Source: Verrucomicrobiota bacterium
GTDB lineage: Bacteria > Verrucomicrobiota > Verrucomicrobiia > Limisphaerales > SXQI01
NCBI GenBank assembly: GCA_033762115.1
Contig: JANRLX010000038.1
Location: forward strand, 1 to 14,762
DNA length: 14,762 nucleotides
Direction of reading: 5' to 3'
Below are positions 1 through 8,187 of the stretch, in pieces. The notes below the pieces were generated by a model. The model was not told the DNA's origin and did not search any database. It saw nothing but the letters and a program-made list of their open reading frames with translations. Position 1 is the stretch's first letter. Each line of letters opens with the position of its first letter. The translations under genes and the position numbers were made by a program.

Positions 1-843
1 CATGATTTTGTTGATATCCAGAATGGTCATGTCGGGCCCGCCGATGATGCTGACCAATGTTTCCTGCGCTTCCTTCAACGCGACGCCTTTTTCCATCAAA
101 GGATGCTCAAGCAACATGGGCACCAGGTTCTTCGCGCAATCCGGGCCGCTGCTTTTTACCGTCGCCAAAACGCTTGAGTAGTGACGTCCCCGCAAAATCG
201 AATAGAGATAAGCAAAATCAACGTTGATCAATCCAGGACGATCAATCATCTGCCAAACGGCACAAACCCCTTCGGCGATATGTTGATTCATCGCCAGAAA
301 AGCCTGCCCTGCGCCTGCTTTCGGATTGACCAGTTGTTGCGCCTTTTGATTGGGGAGCACAAGAACTGCGTCCGAAGTTTGTCGCAGGCGTTCAAGGCCA
401 CTTTCGGCCTGCTCATTCCGGCGGACTCCCTCAAATTCAAAAGGCAGAATGGCAACAGACAGAACCAGGCATCCCGCACTTTTCCCCATTTGAGCAATCA
501 GGGGCGCCGCACCGCTGCCGGTTCCTCCCCCCATTCCCGCAATCACAAACAGGAGGTCTGCATCCTGGCAGAATTCCGCAATGGCCGCTGTATGCGATTC
601 AAGGCAACGCTGCGCCACAGCGGGATCACCAGCCGCGCCAAGCCCGAATGTAATTTCCGATCCGATGAGCAATTTATCTTTTAAGTTCAATGGCTCAAGA
701 ACGCGCGGGTTCGTGTGGACAGCCAATGTCTCAATGCCTCCAGCGGACTGAAGCGCCAGCTGTTCCAGTACCCTTGATCCAGCGCCGCCGATGGCCACCG
801 CTTTTGCTCTGAATTTTCGGGAAAGATTTTGTGGAAGTGACAT
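1..843 (-). CDS. ftsZ: Cell division GTPase FtsZ, divergent; 3'-partial (first 281 codons, runs off the window)
   Basis: Not in the ORF track. Hand translation from ATG 843 is open to position 1: MSLPQNLSRKFRAKAVAIGGAGSRVLEQL...GLGAAGDP...AGMGGGTGSGAAP...LPFEFEGVRR...LPNQK...RPGLINVDFAYL. Tubulin signature GGGTGSG at 511..531. Starts 8 nt after the ftsA stop, with AAGGGA upstream as a possible RBS. Confidence 0.95.
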   Translation of the reverse strand, partial: MSLPQNLSRKFRAKAVAIGGAGSRVLEQLALQSAGGIETLAVHTNPRVLEPLNLKDKLLIGSEITFGLGAAGDPAVAQRCLESHTAAIAEFCQDADLLFVIAGMGGGTGSGAAPLIAQMGKSAGCLVLSVAILPFEFEGVRRNEQAESGLERLRQTSDAVLVLPNQKAQQLVNPKAGAGQAFLAMNQHIAEGVCAVWQMIDRPGLINVDFAYLYSILRGRHYSSVLATVKSSGPDCAKNLVPMLLEHPLMEKGVALKEAQETLVSIIGGPDMTILDINKIM

Positions 844-851
844 AATTCCCT

Positions 852-2060
852 TTATTTGCTTTTAAACACTTCAAGGAACCCGCCCAAACCTCTGCGTTTT
901 CTGGTTTTTTTCTTCGCTTCAAATGAGCCGAACCGCACCAGCCCAATGGCAGTTGCAAACTCCGGCTGATCCAGGGCTGATTTGATTCCGCTGACACCAT
1001 TGGTTTTGCCAATGCTCACGGGAAGCCTGAAGATCCCAGCAGCCAGCCGGTCAATCTGCGGAATTCTTGCACACCCTCCGCACAGGAAAATGCCCGCGCG
1101 TAAATAATTCAGGAGGTCGTGACGGTCCAGTTCCTCAGCAATCAATTCAAAAATTTCCTGGAGCCTCAGAGACATGATCTGTTGCAAATGCTCCAGGTTT
1201 ACTATTTTTTCGGGGAGGCCGACATCCGAGGGAAGAGTGACCGTCTGGCCAGTCGATTGTTCAGAAATAATCGCGCAGCCATGCTGGATTTTAAGCTGCT
1301 CCGCTCTGCCCAATGGAATTTTCAATCCATAAGCCAAATCATTTGAAACATGGTCTCCCCCCACGGCAAGCACACCGGTGTGCTTGATAATTCCATTGGC
1401 GTAAACGGCAAATTCAGTGGTGCCGCTTCCCATGTCGATGACCAGCGCGCCGAGTTCCTTTTGTTCATTGCTCAGGAGCGCCAGCGCGGAAGAAAGCCCG
1501 TTGAAAACAATTTCGTCCACCTCCAGTTGCAGGCTTTTCACTGCGCGGATGGGGTTCTGTAATCGATTCAAATTCCCATGGACCACATGGACGTCCACTT
1601 CCACCTTGGCCCCAAACATCCCGACTGGATTGGGAATTCCATCCTGGCCATCAACGGTGAAATGTTGCCGAATCACATGGATGACCCGATTTTCTGCGGG
1701 AAGGTTGATCGCCTTGGCATTTTTCAGGACATCCTGGACATCTTCTTCACGAATTTCCCGGTCATCTGACGCAATGGGATGAAACCCACGGTTATTGAAT
1801 CCGCGGACATGTGCACCCGTCACGCCAAGATAAACGCTGCGCACTTCGCAATCCGCCATTTGCTCTGCTTCAACAATCGCATCACGAATATCTTCCTGGG
1901 TGACATCCGCATTAATGATCTCTCCTTTGCGAAGACCTCGTGATTTTGCCTGGCCGAGCCCAATGATATTAAGTCCCCCCTCGGTCAATTCACCGACGGC
2001 GGCGCAAATTTTTGAAGTGCCAATATCAAGACCAACAATGACTGGTGCGGCGTCAAACAT
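852..2060 (-). CDS. ftsA: Cell division protein FtsA (actin-like ATPase)
   Basis: Motifs GLDIGTSKI, VIDMGSGTT, VGGDHVSNDL, AEQLK, LCGGCARI and PEFATAIGL. C-terminal amphipathic helix GLGGFLEVFKSK. Lies between ftsQ and ftsZ. Confidence 0.97.
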   Translation of the reverse strand: MFDAAPVIVGLDIGTSKICAAVGELTEGGLNIIGLGQAKSRGLRKGEIINADVTQEDIRDAIVEAEQMADCEVRSVYLGVTGAHVRGFNNRGFHPIASDDREIREEDVQDVLKNAKAINLPAENRVIHVIRQHFTVDGQDGIPNPVGMFGAKVEVDVHVVHGNLNRLQNPIRAVKSLQLEVDEIVFNGLSSALALLSNEQKELGALVIDMGSGTTEFAVYANGIIKHTGVLAVGGDHVSNDLAYGLKIPLGRAEQLKIQHGCAIISEQSTGQTVTLPSDVGLPEKIVNLEHLQQIMSLRLQEIFELIAEELDRHDLLNYLRAGIFLCGGCARIPQIDRLAAGIFRLPVSIGKTNGVSGIKSALDQPEFATAIGLVRFGSFEAKKKTRKRRGLGGFLEVFKSK

Positions 2061-3000
2061 GGCGTTTTTTAAAGGGTGGTTTTGGGGTGCGTATCTTGGT
2101 TGGGGGGATCAGTGGAGCTTCGCTCCAACGCGCTGGAACGTAATTTCCGACCGCGAGATCGAGAGTGGCGATCACCTTCTGTTGATTAGAAGCAAATTCC
2201 AGGACTGAAAGCCATCGCAAAAATTGCTCCTCAAAATTTTCCTGGGCAAAAACAATTTCACTCCGCTGGTCTGTCTGCACCAGGAGTGTATGTGGGGAAG
2301 CGGTATCGATGGAACGAAGTTCGACCATTCCCAGGAGCGGAGAACGGTTGAACGCGGCGATCAATGCCAGCGCAGCTTTCACGCTGCCGTTTTCCACCGG
2401 AACTCCCGGCCGAAGTTCAGTCGCGGCGAGCCCTGTCAAAACTGGCAAAGGATAGCTTTCCTCGTCATTCAACGGTTGCTCGCTCCAGGGAGGAATCACA
2501 ACTCCATCTTCATCGATGTAATAATTCAGGTACTGAACCGGAACGTTGGGGCCCGCAGGTCGGAACAGGCAAACCTGGGCTATGGGTTCCCGTTCCGTCA
2601 CCTGTATCCGGAGATTGTTCGGAAGGATTTTTTCAATTGAAACCGACTTTACCAATGGGACCAGTTCAAGATTCCTTTTGATCTGGGTCAAATCCAGTGT
2701 GAGCAGGTTCTGCCCTTTTTCCACGCCAGCCCATTGTGCCAGTTGAGCCGGTTTCAGGACACCGTCACTGGCAATGTGGATCTGCTGCACGGCAAATGAA
2801 GGGTTTGCATAAACAAGTTCGCGAAGCAACAACTCGCCGCCCTGCCAAAGGAGGAAAACACCCAGGATGCACCCCGCGCAAATCGTGAGCGCAATTGCCG
2901 CCATGCGCATTCGGAGATTCTTGACCTGCTTGGACCTGAGTTTGACATCCAGGACCTGCTTTCGATCATTTCGGCGGTTCTGAGCTTTCTGTTTAAACAT
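2053..3000 (-). CDS. ftsQ: Cell division protein FtsQ/DivIB
   Basis: Basic cytoplasmic N-terminus, one TM helix (AAIALTICAGCILGVFLLW), POTRA-like segment ending VKSVSIEKILPNNLRIQVTEREPIA, and C-terminal LDL. ATG 3000 (8-nt overlap with the ddl stop) is preferred to the track start at 3033. Confidence 0.9.
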   Translation of the reverse strand: MFKQKAQNRRNDRKQVLDVKLRSKQVKNLRMRMAAIALTICAGCILGVFLLWQGGELLLRELVYANPSFAVQQIHIASDGVLKPAQLAQWAGVEKGQNLLTLDLTQIKRNLELVPLVKSVSIEKILPNNLRIQVTEREPIAQVCLFRPAGPNVPVQYLNYYIDEDGVVIPPWSEQPLNDEESYPLPVLTGLAATELRPGVPVENGSVKAALALIAAFNRSPLLGMVELRSIDTASPHTLLVQTDQRSEIVFAQENFEEQFLRWLSVLEFASNQQKVIATLDLAVGNYVPARWSEAPLIPPTKIRTPKPPFKKRHV

Positions 3001-3910
3001 GGGAAGGGGCTCCCCTGAGGAGAGCGAGTTCAATCATTCGCTGGCAAAGTTTTGGATAGGAAAGCCCAATCGCAGCAGCCGCTTTGGGCAGCAAACTGGT
3101 TTCCGTCATTCCGGGAAGCGTATTGACTTCCAGCACGACAGGTGCTCCATCGTTGGTAACCATCACATCGACTCGTCCATAATCCCTCCCACCGATTACA
3201 CCAAACGCTTCGAGTGCTGCATTCTGAATTTTTTTGGTCGTCGCAGGGTCGAATGGAGCGGGGCAGAGATATTCCGTCATCCCCGGATTATACTTGCTGG
3301 AAAAATCGTAAGTGCCGTTTTTGGGGCGCACCTCGACAATTGGAAGTGGCGTTCCGTCCAGGATTCCAACAGTGGTTTCCCTTCCGATAATTCGTTCTTC
3401 CAGCAGAAGTTCCTCATCATACTTTAGCGCTTCGGAAACGGCCTGGGGAAACTCGGAGGGCTGATTAATAAAATGAAGGCCAACGCTTGACCCTTGGCGA
3501 ACCGGCTTGAGCACCGCAGGAAGTCGGAAATTTTCGGGCCATTTCAGATCATGCCTGGTAATGATCTTGTAGGTTGCTGTGGGAATGCCGTTTTGAATAC
3601 AACGTTCCTTGGTCAGCGCTTTGTCAAACGCCACCCGGCTCGATTCCGCATCGCATCCTGTGTAGGGAATATTTAGCAGGTCCAATTCATGTTGAATAGT
3701 CCCATCCTCTCCATAGGAACCGTGAAGCGCGAGGAAGACCACGTCCGTGGATTCCGGAAGGGTCCAGCCTCCTCCGGCAGGATCGAGTTCTGTCACTGAA
3801 TGACCCAGGCTGCGCAAGGCGGCAGCAACAGCGCGGCCACTCCTGAGGGAGATTTCCCTTTCGGCGGAAGGCCCGCCAAGCATCACCACGATTTGAAGCG
3901 TTTTTCTCAA
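2993..3910 (-). CDS. ddl: D-alanine--D-alanine ligase (DdlB-like)
   Basis: Motifs GGPSAEREISLRSG, LHGSYGEDG, KPVRQGSSVG, omega loop YDFSSKY, GRVD and LEVNTLPGMT. The TTG start overlaps the murB stop (TTGA). Confidence 0.96.
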   Translation of the reverse strand: MRKTLQIVVMLGGPSAEREISLRSGRAVAAALRSLGHSVTELDPAGGGWTLPESTDVVFLALHGSYGEDGTIQHELDLLNIPYTGCDAESSRVAFDKALTKERCIQNGIPTATYKIITRHDLKWPENFRLPAVLKPVRQGSSVGLHFINQPSEFPQAVSEALKYDEELLLEERIIGRETTVGILDGTPLPIVEVRPKNGTYDFSSKYNPGMTEYLCPAPFDPATTKKIQNAALEAFGVIGGRDYGRVDVMVTNDGAPVVLEVNTLPGMTETSLLPKAAAAIGLSYPKLCQRMIELALLRGAPSHV

Positions 3911-4857
3911 TCCAAATCCTCGCCGATGATCTGAACTTCTGTTTGAAGCTGAATTCCGCGCAATTGCTGGGCCTGTTCCTTGACCAACGCAATTAATGCC
4001 AGCACATCCTTCGCACTGGCGGAACCGTCATTCACAATGAAATTTCCATGCACTTCTGAAATTTCCGCACCTCCAACCCGCATTCCTTTTAATCCAAGCT
4101 CCTCGACCAGCTTGCCCGTGGGCATCGCCACGGAATTTTTGAAAATACACCCGGCGCTCGGGGCCGCAGGTTGAGAACTCCACCTTTTTTCATTCCCCAG
4201 TTTCATGCGCGCTTCAATCAGTTCCTTCCGTTCGATTCGGCCAGTCAACACCGCACCCAACGCAATCTGTTCCGCAAAAAAGGAGCAATTGCGGTATTCA
4301 TAGGGAATCTCGGAGGCAGCGACTTCGTAGCTTTCCCCGGCGAAATTCATGTAACGAATTTTTTCAGCAACCTCAAAGATGGCGCTGCCCATCGCGCCTG
4401 CATTCATTCTTAAGGCGCCCCCAATATTTCCTGGAATTCCTTCCAGAAACTCAACCCCCGTGATTGAATTCCGACGGGCCTCCACCGCCACATGTTTCAA
4501 ACGCGCTCCAGCCCCGCAGATGAGACGCACCCCTTCAACCTGGATCGTGCAGAATGACGGATTTGAAAGCGTGATCACAAGTCCCCGCACCCCTCCATCC
4601 CTGATCAGCAGGTTCGATCCACGCCCCAGCATGAACACCGGCCAGTTTGCCTGAACCGCATAACGAAGCAGTTGTGAAAGGTCTGACTCGGAAGCAGGTT
4701 CGGCCAGTAAATCCGCTGGCCCGCCCACCCGGAGAGTGGTGCGCTTTGCCAGCGGCTCATTCAATCGCAGCGACGTTGCCGGCGACAGAAGATGAGTCAG
4801 TTCGACCAGTTGATCTTCTCTGATTAACGATTTTTGGCCCATGGCGCTGCTTGTCAT
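3907..4857 (-). CDS. murB: UDP-N-acetylenolpyruvoylglucosamine reductase MurB (type II, active-site Cys)
   Basis: Motifs TTLRVGGPAD, GRGSNLLIRD, IPGNIGGALRMNAGA, YEYR, SAGCIFKN, HGNFIVN and EVQIIG. ATG 4857 lies 1 nt after the murG stop and is preferred to 4872; ATG 4842 is also possible. Confidence 0.95.
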   Translation of the reverse strand: MTSSAMGQKSLIREDQLVELTHLLSPATSLRLNEPLAKRTTLRVGGPADLLAEPASESDLSQLLRYAVQANWPVFMLGRGSNLLIRDGGVRGLVITLSNPSFCTIQVEGVRLICGAGARLKHVAVEARRNSITGVEFLEGIPGNIGGALRMNAGAMGSAIFEVAEKIRYMNFAGESYEVAASEIPYEYRNCSFFAEQIALGAVLTGRIERKELIEARMKLGNEKRWSSQPAAPSAGCIFKNSVAMPTGKLVEELGLKGMRVGGAEISEVHGNFIVNDGSASAKDVLALIALVKEQAQQLRGIQLQTEVQIIGEDLD

Positions 4858-4858
4858 A

Positions 4859-6016
4859 TTAAACAGTCCCAAAGCGGAGGGTTGAAGTGGCGGTGTTGCA
4901 ATGAACCGATAACGGCAAAGTTTTTAATATTTCTTGAACGACATGGGCTGCCGCATCCGCCCGGTGCCATTTGGACACAGACCTGCTCATCTGCTCTCGA
5001 ATATGAGAATCAGTCAGGAGTGGCAGGATCTTTTTCAGGAGCGTCTCCGGACGGACCTCCCGTTGCTCAAGCATAAGCGCCGCACCACTTTGCGCATACG
5101 CCCTGGCATTATAAAATTGATGATTGTCAGCGGCTATGGGGTAGGGCACCAGCAGGGAGGGGACTCCCATGGCAGCAAATTCCGCCAGCGATGATGCGCC
5201 GGACCGACTCACCGCGACCGTCGCGGCTGCCAGCGCGAGTTCCATTTCTGTCAGGAACGGCAGGACGACCGATTTTACCGGGAATGAAGCATACGCAGTT
5301 CGGACCTGCTCAAAATCAGCCTTGCCTGTGAGATGCAAAAACTGAAGAGAAGGGATCTGCTCGCAAAGAACAGGCAAGCTCTCCAAAACAGCCTTGTTGA
5401 TTCCGCTGGCTCCCTGGCTCCCTCCCATGACCAGCAAAGTAGGTGAATCTGCTATCAGCCCCAGCGCAATGCGCGCGGCACCTGCATCCCCCGGTTCAAA
5501 CTGAGAGCGGACAGGCATTCCGACACAGGTTGTTTCCATATTGCAATTCAAGAGCGGTCCGGTGCCCGGAAACCCGGTGAAGACCTTTACCACATAAGGG
5601 GCTAGCAGCCGGTTGGCCCTTCCTGGAATGGAGTTCGCCTCATGCAAAAAAGTTTTTGCTCCAGCCATTTTTCCAGCAACAATTGGAGGGGCACTGGTAA
5701 AGCCCCCCATTGCAAGAACGGCGTCAGGTTTGAATTGAATGAACTCCCGTCTGACCTGCAAAAGGGATTTCCAAAAACCAGAAGCAAATTTGAAGTACCC
5801 CCCTTTGGTCAGCGCCACCGAAGGTAATGAAATCACCTGAATTTCATCGGAACTGCCGATTCCCTGCTGGTCGATCTCTTTTTCTGAGATGATTGCCGTG
5901 ACAGTGCACTGGTCATTTAAAAATTCTTCAGCAATGGCAAGGCCGGGAAAGAGATGGCCCCCTGTTCCGCCGCAGGCGATCGCAATCCTCGCTTTCGGTT
6001 TGGCTTCAGGTTCCAT
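4859..6016 (-). CDS. murG: Lipid I N-acetylglucosaminyltransferase MurG
   Basis: Motifs GGTGGHLFPG, GGFTSAP, HEANSIPGRAN, GGSQGA, RSGASSLAE and HQFYNA are all present. Confidence 0.97.
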   Translation of the reverse strand: MEPEAKPKARIAIACGGTGGHLFPGLAIAEEFLNDQCTVTAIISEKEIDQQGIGSSDEIQVISLPSVALTKGGYFKFASGFWKSLLQVRREFIQFKPDAVLAMGGFTSAPPIVAGKMAGAKTFLHEANSIPGRANRLLAPYVVKVFTGFPGTGPLLNCNMETTCVGMPVRSQFEPGDAGAARIALGLIADSPTLLVMGGSQGASGINKAVLESLPVLCEQIPSLQFLHLTGKADFEQVRTAYASFPVKSVVLPFLTEMELALAAATVAVSRSGASSLAEFAAMGVPSLLVPYPIAADNHQFYNARAYAQSGAALMLEQREVRPETLLKKILPLLTDSHIREQMSRSVSKWHRADAAAHVVQEILKTLPLSVHCNTATSTLRFGTV

Positions 6017-6018
6017 GG

Positions 6019-7146
6019 TTATCCAATGGCGTGAGATTCTGTTCCCTCGAAATCAACCGTTTCTTCCTCCACACTTTCGTCAGTATTATGACGTGCCACG
6101 CTGAGCAGCACTCCGACGCTGACCAGCATCAGCACAAGGCTTGACCCTCCATAACTGATGAACGGCAAAGCCAGCCCTTTATTTGGCAAGGTGTTCGTCA
6201 CCACCCCGATGTTGATCCAGGCCTGCATCCCGATCAGGAGCGTGATGCCGGAGGCGAGAAGAAACCCGAAAGTGTCGCGGGCTTTTGAGGCAATATAAAT
6301 GCCACACCAGATAAATAAAATAAATGCCACCAGCACTGCCATTGTGGCCACCAGACCCAATTCCTCCCCTACCACGGAAAAAATGAAATCTGTGTGTGCT
6401 TCCGGAACAAAACCCAGCTTTTGGCGACCATTGCCAAGGCCCACGCCTGTTGGACCTCCAGAGCCCAGGGCCAGGGTCGCTTGATAAGACTGATAACCTG
6501 TTCCCTGTCGATGCTCCGATTCATAAAACCAGCTCATGATTCGTTTCCATCTCACAGGATCATGCCAAAGCGACCAGCAGAGTCCTGCCGCCGCAACCAT
6601 TGCGGGAGGTAGAAGATGCTGGAGTTTGACGCCTGCAAGGAACAATAATGAGCAGCTCACCACTGCAAGGAGAATTGTCGTTCCACGATCCGGTTCCACA
6701 AAAATAAGCCCAAGAACCGGGGCGATTATCAGGCAAGGAACTGCCAGCCCGCGCAAAAAAGTCGGCATGAGCCGCTGATACCTGTCACCATACCACGCCA
6801 GGATCAGGATCAAGGCAAGCTTGGCCGCTTCTGATGGTTGAAAACTCCCCACTCCGAGATTGAACCATCGCCGTGCTCCGCCTCTCCAGAGCCCGATTCC
6901 CGGAATAAGCACCAGGACCAGGAGAACCACTATAAGCAGATAAATCATCCACGAGATTTTTTTAAGCTGCCGATAGTCAACAGCGGCTGCAATAACACAC
7001 CCAATCAGCCCAACGCTTCCCCAGGCAGCTTGCAAAAGAAGATAATGCGCTCCGCCACGATGCAGTCCGGAGCTGTAGAGCATGACCATACCCAGGCCTA
7101 ACAGGCCCCCAACGCACAAAATTAATACTGTGGTAGCTGTCTTCAT
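6019..7146 (-). CDS. ftsW: SEDS-family peptidoglycan glycosyltransferase FtsW
   Basis: Polytopic membrane protein with GARRW, FQPSEAAK, EPDRGT, GYQ, PEAHTDFIFSVVGEELG (catalytic Asp kept) and PNKGLALPFISYGGSS. Sits directly upstream of murG. Confidence 0.96.
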   Translation of the reverse strand: MKTATTVLILCVGGLLGLGMVMLYSSGLHRGGAHYLLLQAAWGSVGLIGCVIAAAVDYRQLKKISWMIYLLIVVLLVLVLIPGIGLWRGGARRWFNLGVGSFQPSEAAKLALILILAWYGDRYQRLMPTFLRGLAVPCLIIAPVLGLIFVEPDRGTTILLAVVSCSLLFLAGVKLQHLLPPAMVAAAGLCWSLWHDPVRWKRIMSWFYESEHRQGTGYQSYQATLALGSGGPTGVGLGNGRQKLGFVPEAHTDFIFSVVGEELGLVATMAVLVAFILFIWCGIYIASKARDTFGFLLASGITLLIGMQAWINIGVVTNTLPNKGLALPFISYGGSSLVLMLVSVGVLLSVARHNTDESVEEETVDFEGTESHAIG

Positions 7147-7161
7147 GGCAGGTCAGACAGA

Positions 7162-7192
7162 TTCGCGCCGGAGTGAGGCATTCCGGCGCGAA
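7162..7192. terminator. GC-rich stem-loop between the LysM gene and ftsW (possible terminator, attenuator or 3' stabiliser)
   Basis: Perfect 11-bp inverted repeat TTCGCGCCGGA (7162-7172) / TCCGGCGCGAA (7182-7192) with a 9-nt spacer, 7 nt after the LysM stop. On the minus strand it is followed by TCTGTCT, which is only a weak U-tract. Confidence 0.55.
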
Positions 7193-7199
7193 CGATAAG

Positions 7200-8051
7200 T
7201 TAAAAGCTGCTGACTCCGTTATTTACAGGAGCAGCTTCATTGGTCGTGCTGGCGCTATTGGATGACCCGTCGTTCCGGGCGGGAATTTTCAATTTTTGCC
7301 CCACAAGCACTCGAGTGGTTTTCATCCCGTTTGCACTTCGGATTGCATTGATGGTGACTCCGTGGGTCTTTGCGATTCGACTTAAGGTATCACCAGCTTT
7401 CACAACATAGACTTTCCCGTTCGAGCTTGTGGATGAATCGGACGCCGTTGTCGTGCTGCTTGCCGTTGACACGGGAATTTGCAGCTTCATTCCAATTTTC
7501 AGCCGGGATGGATCAATATTTGGATTTGCCCGGGTAATTGCCCCAATCGTGACCCGGTGGAGTTTCGCAATCCGGCTCAATGTATCATTTTTTACCACGG
7601 TATATTCCTTCATCGACTCGGATGGGACCGATGGGGTGGTTTCCGCAATCGACTGGTTCGTAGGTGTCAATGGGGTATTGGTGCTATAACCGGAATCCAG
7701 GACAGGGTAGGGGTTGCTGGAGATTACGCTATTCGTGCCTGTGGAGATCGATGAGACCACCGGGTTCGTCCCGTAGGCGAAACTCTCTCCGGGAAGATTG
7801 GTCGGGCTTGTGTAATAAGCGCTGTTGGTTGTCTCCATATTGGGCAGCGAAAGGTTGGTATTCGTCTCGGAAGAAGCTGTCCCAACGCCGGTTTTGGATG
7901 CGTCACGTTTGCAGCCGATCATTAAAAGACCGCCAAAAAAGAGCAAATGCACAGCAACAATGGTTGCCACTGCAATACGAACATTGGAAGCGCCGCGACC
8001 CTGTTTTTGAAGCAGGGAACCTTGCGGAATGAGTGGGCTGGGGTTGTTCAT
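7200..8051 (-). CDS. Membrane-anchored or lipoprotein peptidoglycan-binding protein with two LysM domains
   Basis: Hydrophobic stretch IAVATIVAVHLLFFGGLLMIG followed by Cys47, then an S/T/N/P-rich low-complexity linker. LysM1 (~7473..7607) is YTVVKNDTLSRIAK...LKIGMKLQIP and LysM2 (~7281..7412) is YVVKAGDTLSRIAK...VLVGQKLKIP. ATG 8051 is preferred to TTG 8060. Confidence 0.92.
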   Translation of the reverse strand: MNNPSPLIPQGSLLQKQGRGASNVRIAVATIVAVHLLFFGGLLMIGCKRDASKTGVGTASSETNTNLSLPNMETTNSAYYTSPTNLPGESFAYGTNPVVSSISTGTNSVISSNPYPVLDSGYSTNTPLTPTNQSIAETTPSVPSESMKEYTVVKNDTLSRIAKLHRVTIGAITRANPNIDPSRLKIGMKLQIPVSTASSTTTASDSSTSSNGKVYVVKAGDTLSRIAKTHGVTINAIRSANGMKTTRVLVGQKLKIPARNDGSSNSASTTNEAAPVNNGVSSF

Positions 8052-8187
8052 GGTAGTCAATGGGATGAAGATATGGGGCAGTAATTAGAGTTGAGGTTTT
8101 TGTTGATGACATTGCGGCCTGGTTTTTCCTCAAAAAACCGGACAGCAAAATTGAATTTGGAAATAAGACACATAAACGCCAAAAAAC
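8052..8187 (-). promoter_or_regulatory. AT-rich intergenic region, candidate internal promoter or regulatory region for the LysM gene; contains an inverted repeat at 8121..8139
   Basis: Longest non-coding gap in the window (136 nt), visibly richer in A/T runs than the CDSs. Contains GGTTTTT-cctca-AAAAACC. No convincing -35/-10 pair was identified. Confidence 0.35.

Noticed and set aside
3290..3310. Ddl as a D-Ala-D-Lac or D-Ala-D-Ser (Van-type) ligase
   Set aside because: The omega loop YDFSSKY keeps the terminal KY typical of D-Ala-D-Ala ligases, and no van genes are nearby.
7200..7900. Repeat-like character in the LysM gene (recurring TN, ST and DTLSRIAK)
   Set aside because: It is explained by a low-complexity linker and two LysM domains; no regular nucleotide repeat array was seen.
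8160..8187. Sigma-54 or sigma-70 promoter at TTGGCGTTTATGTGTCTT (minus strand)
   Set aside because: The -12 GC required for sigma-54 is missing, and the sigma-70 reading (TTGGCG-17-CAAATT) is too weak to call.
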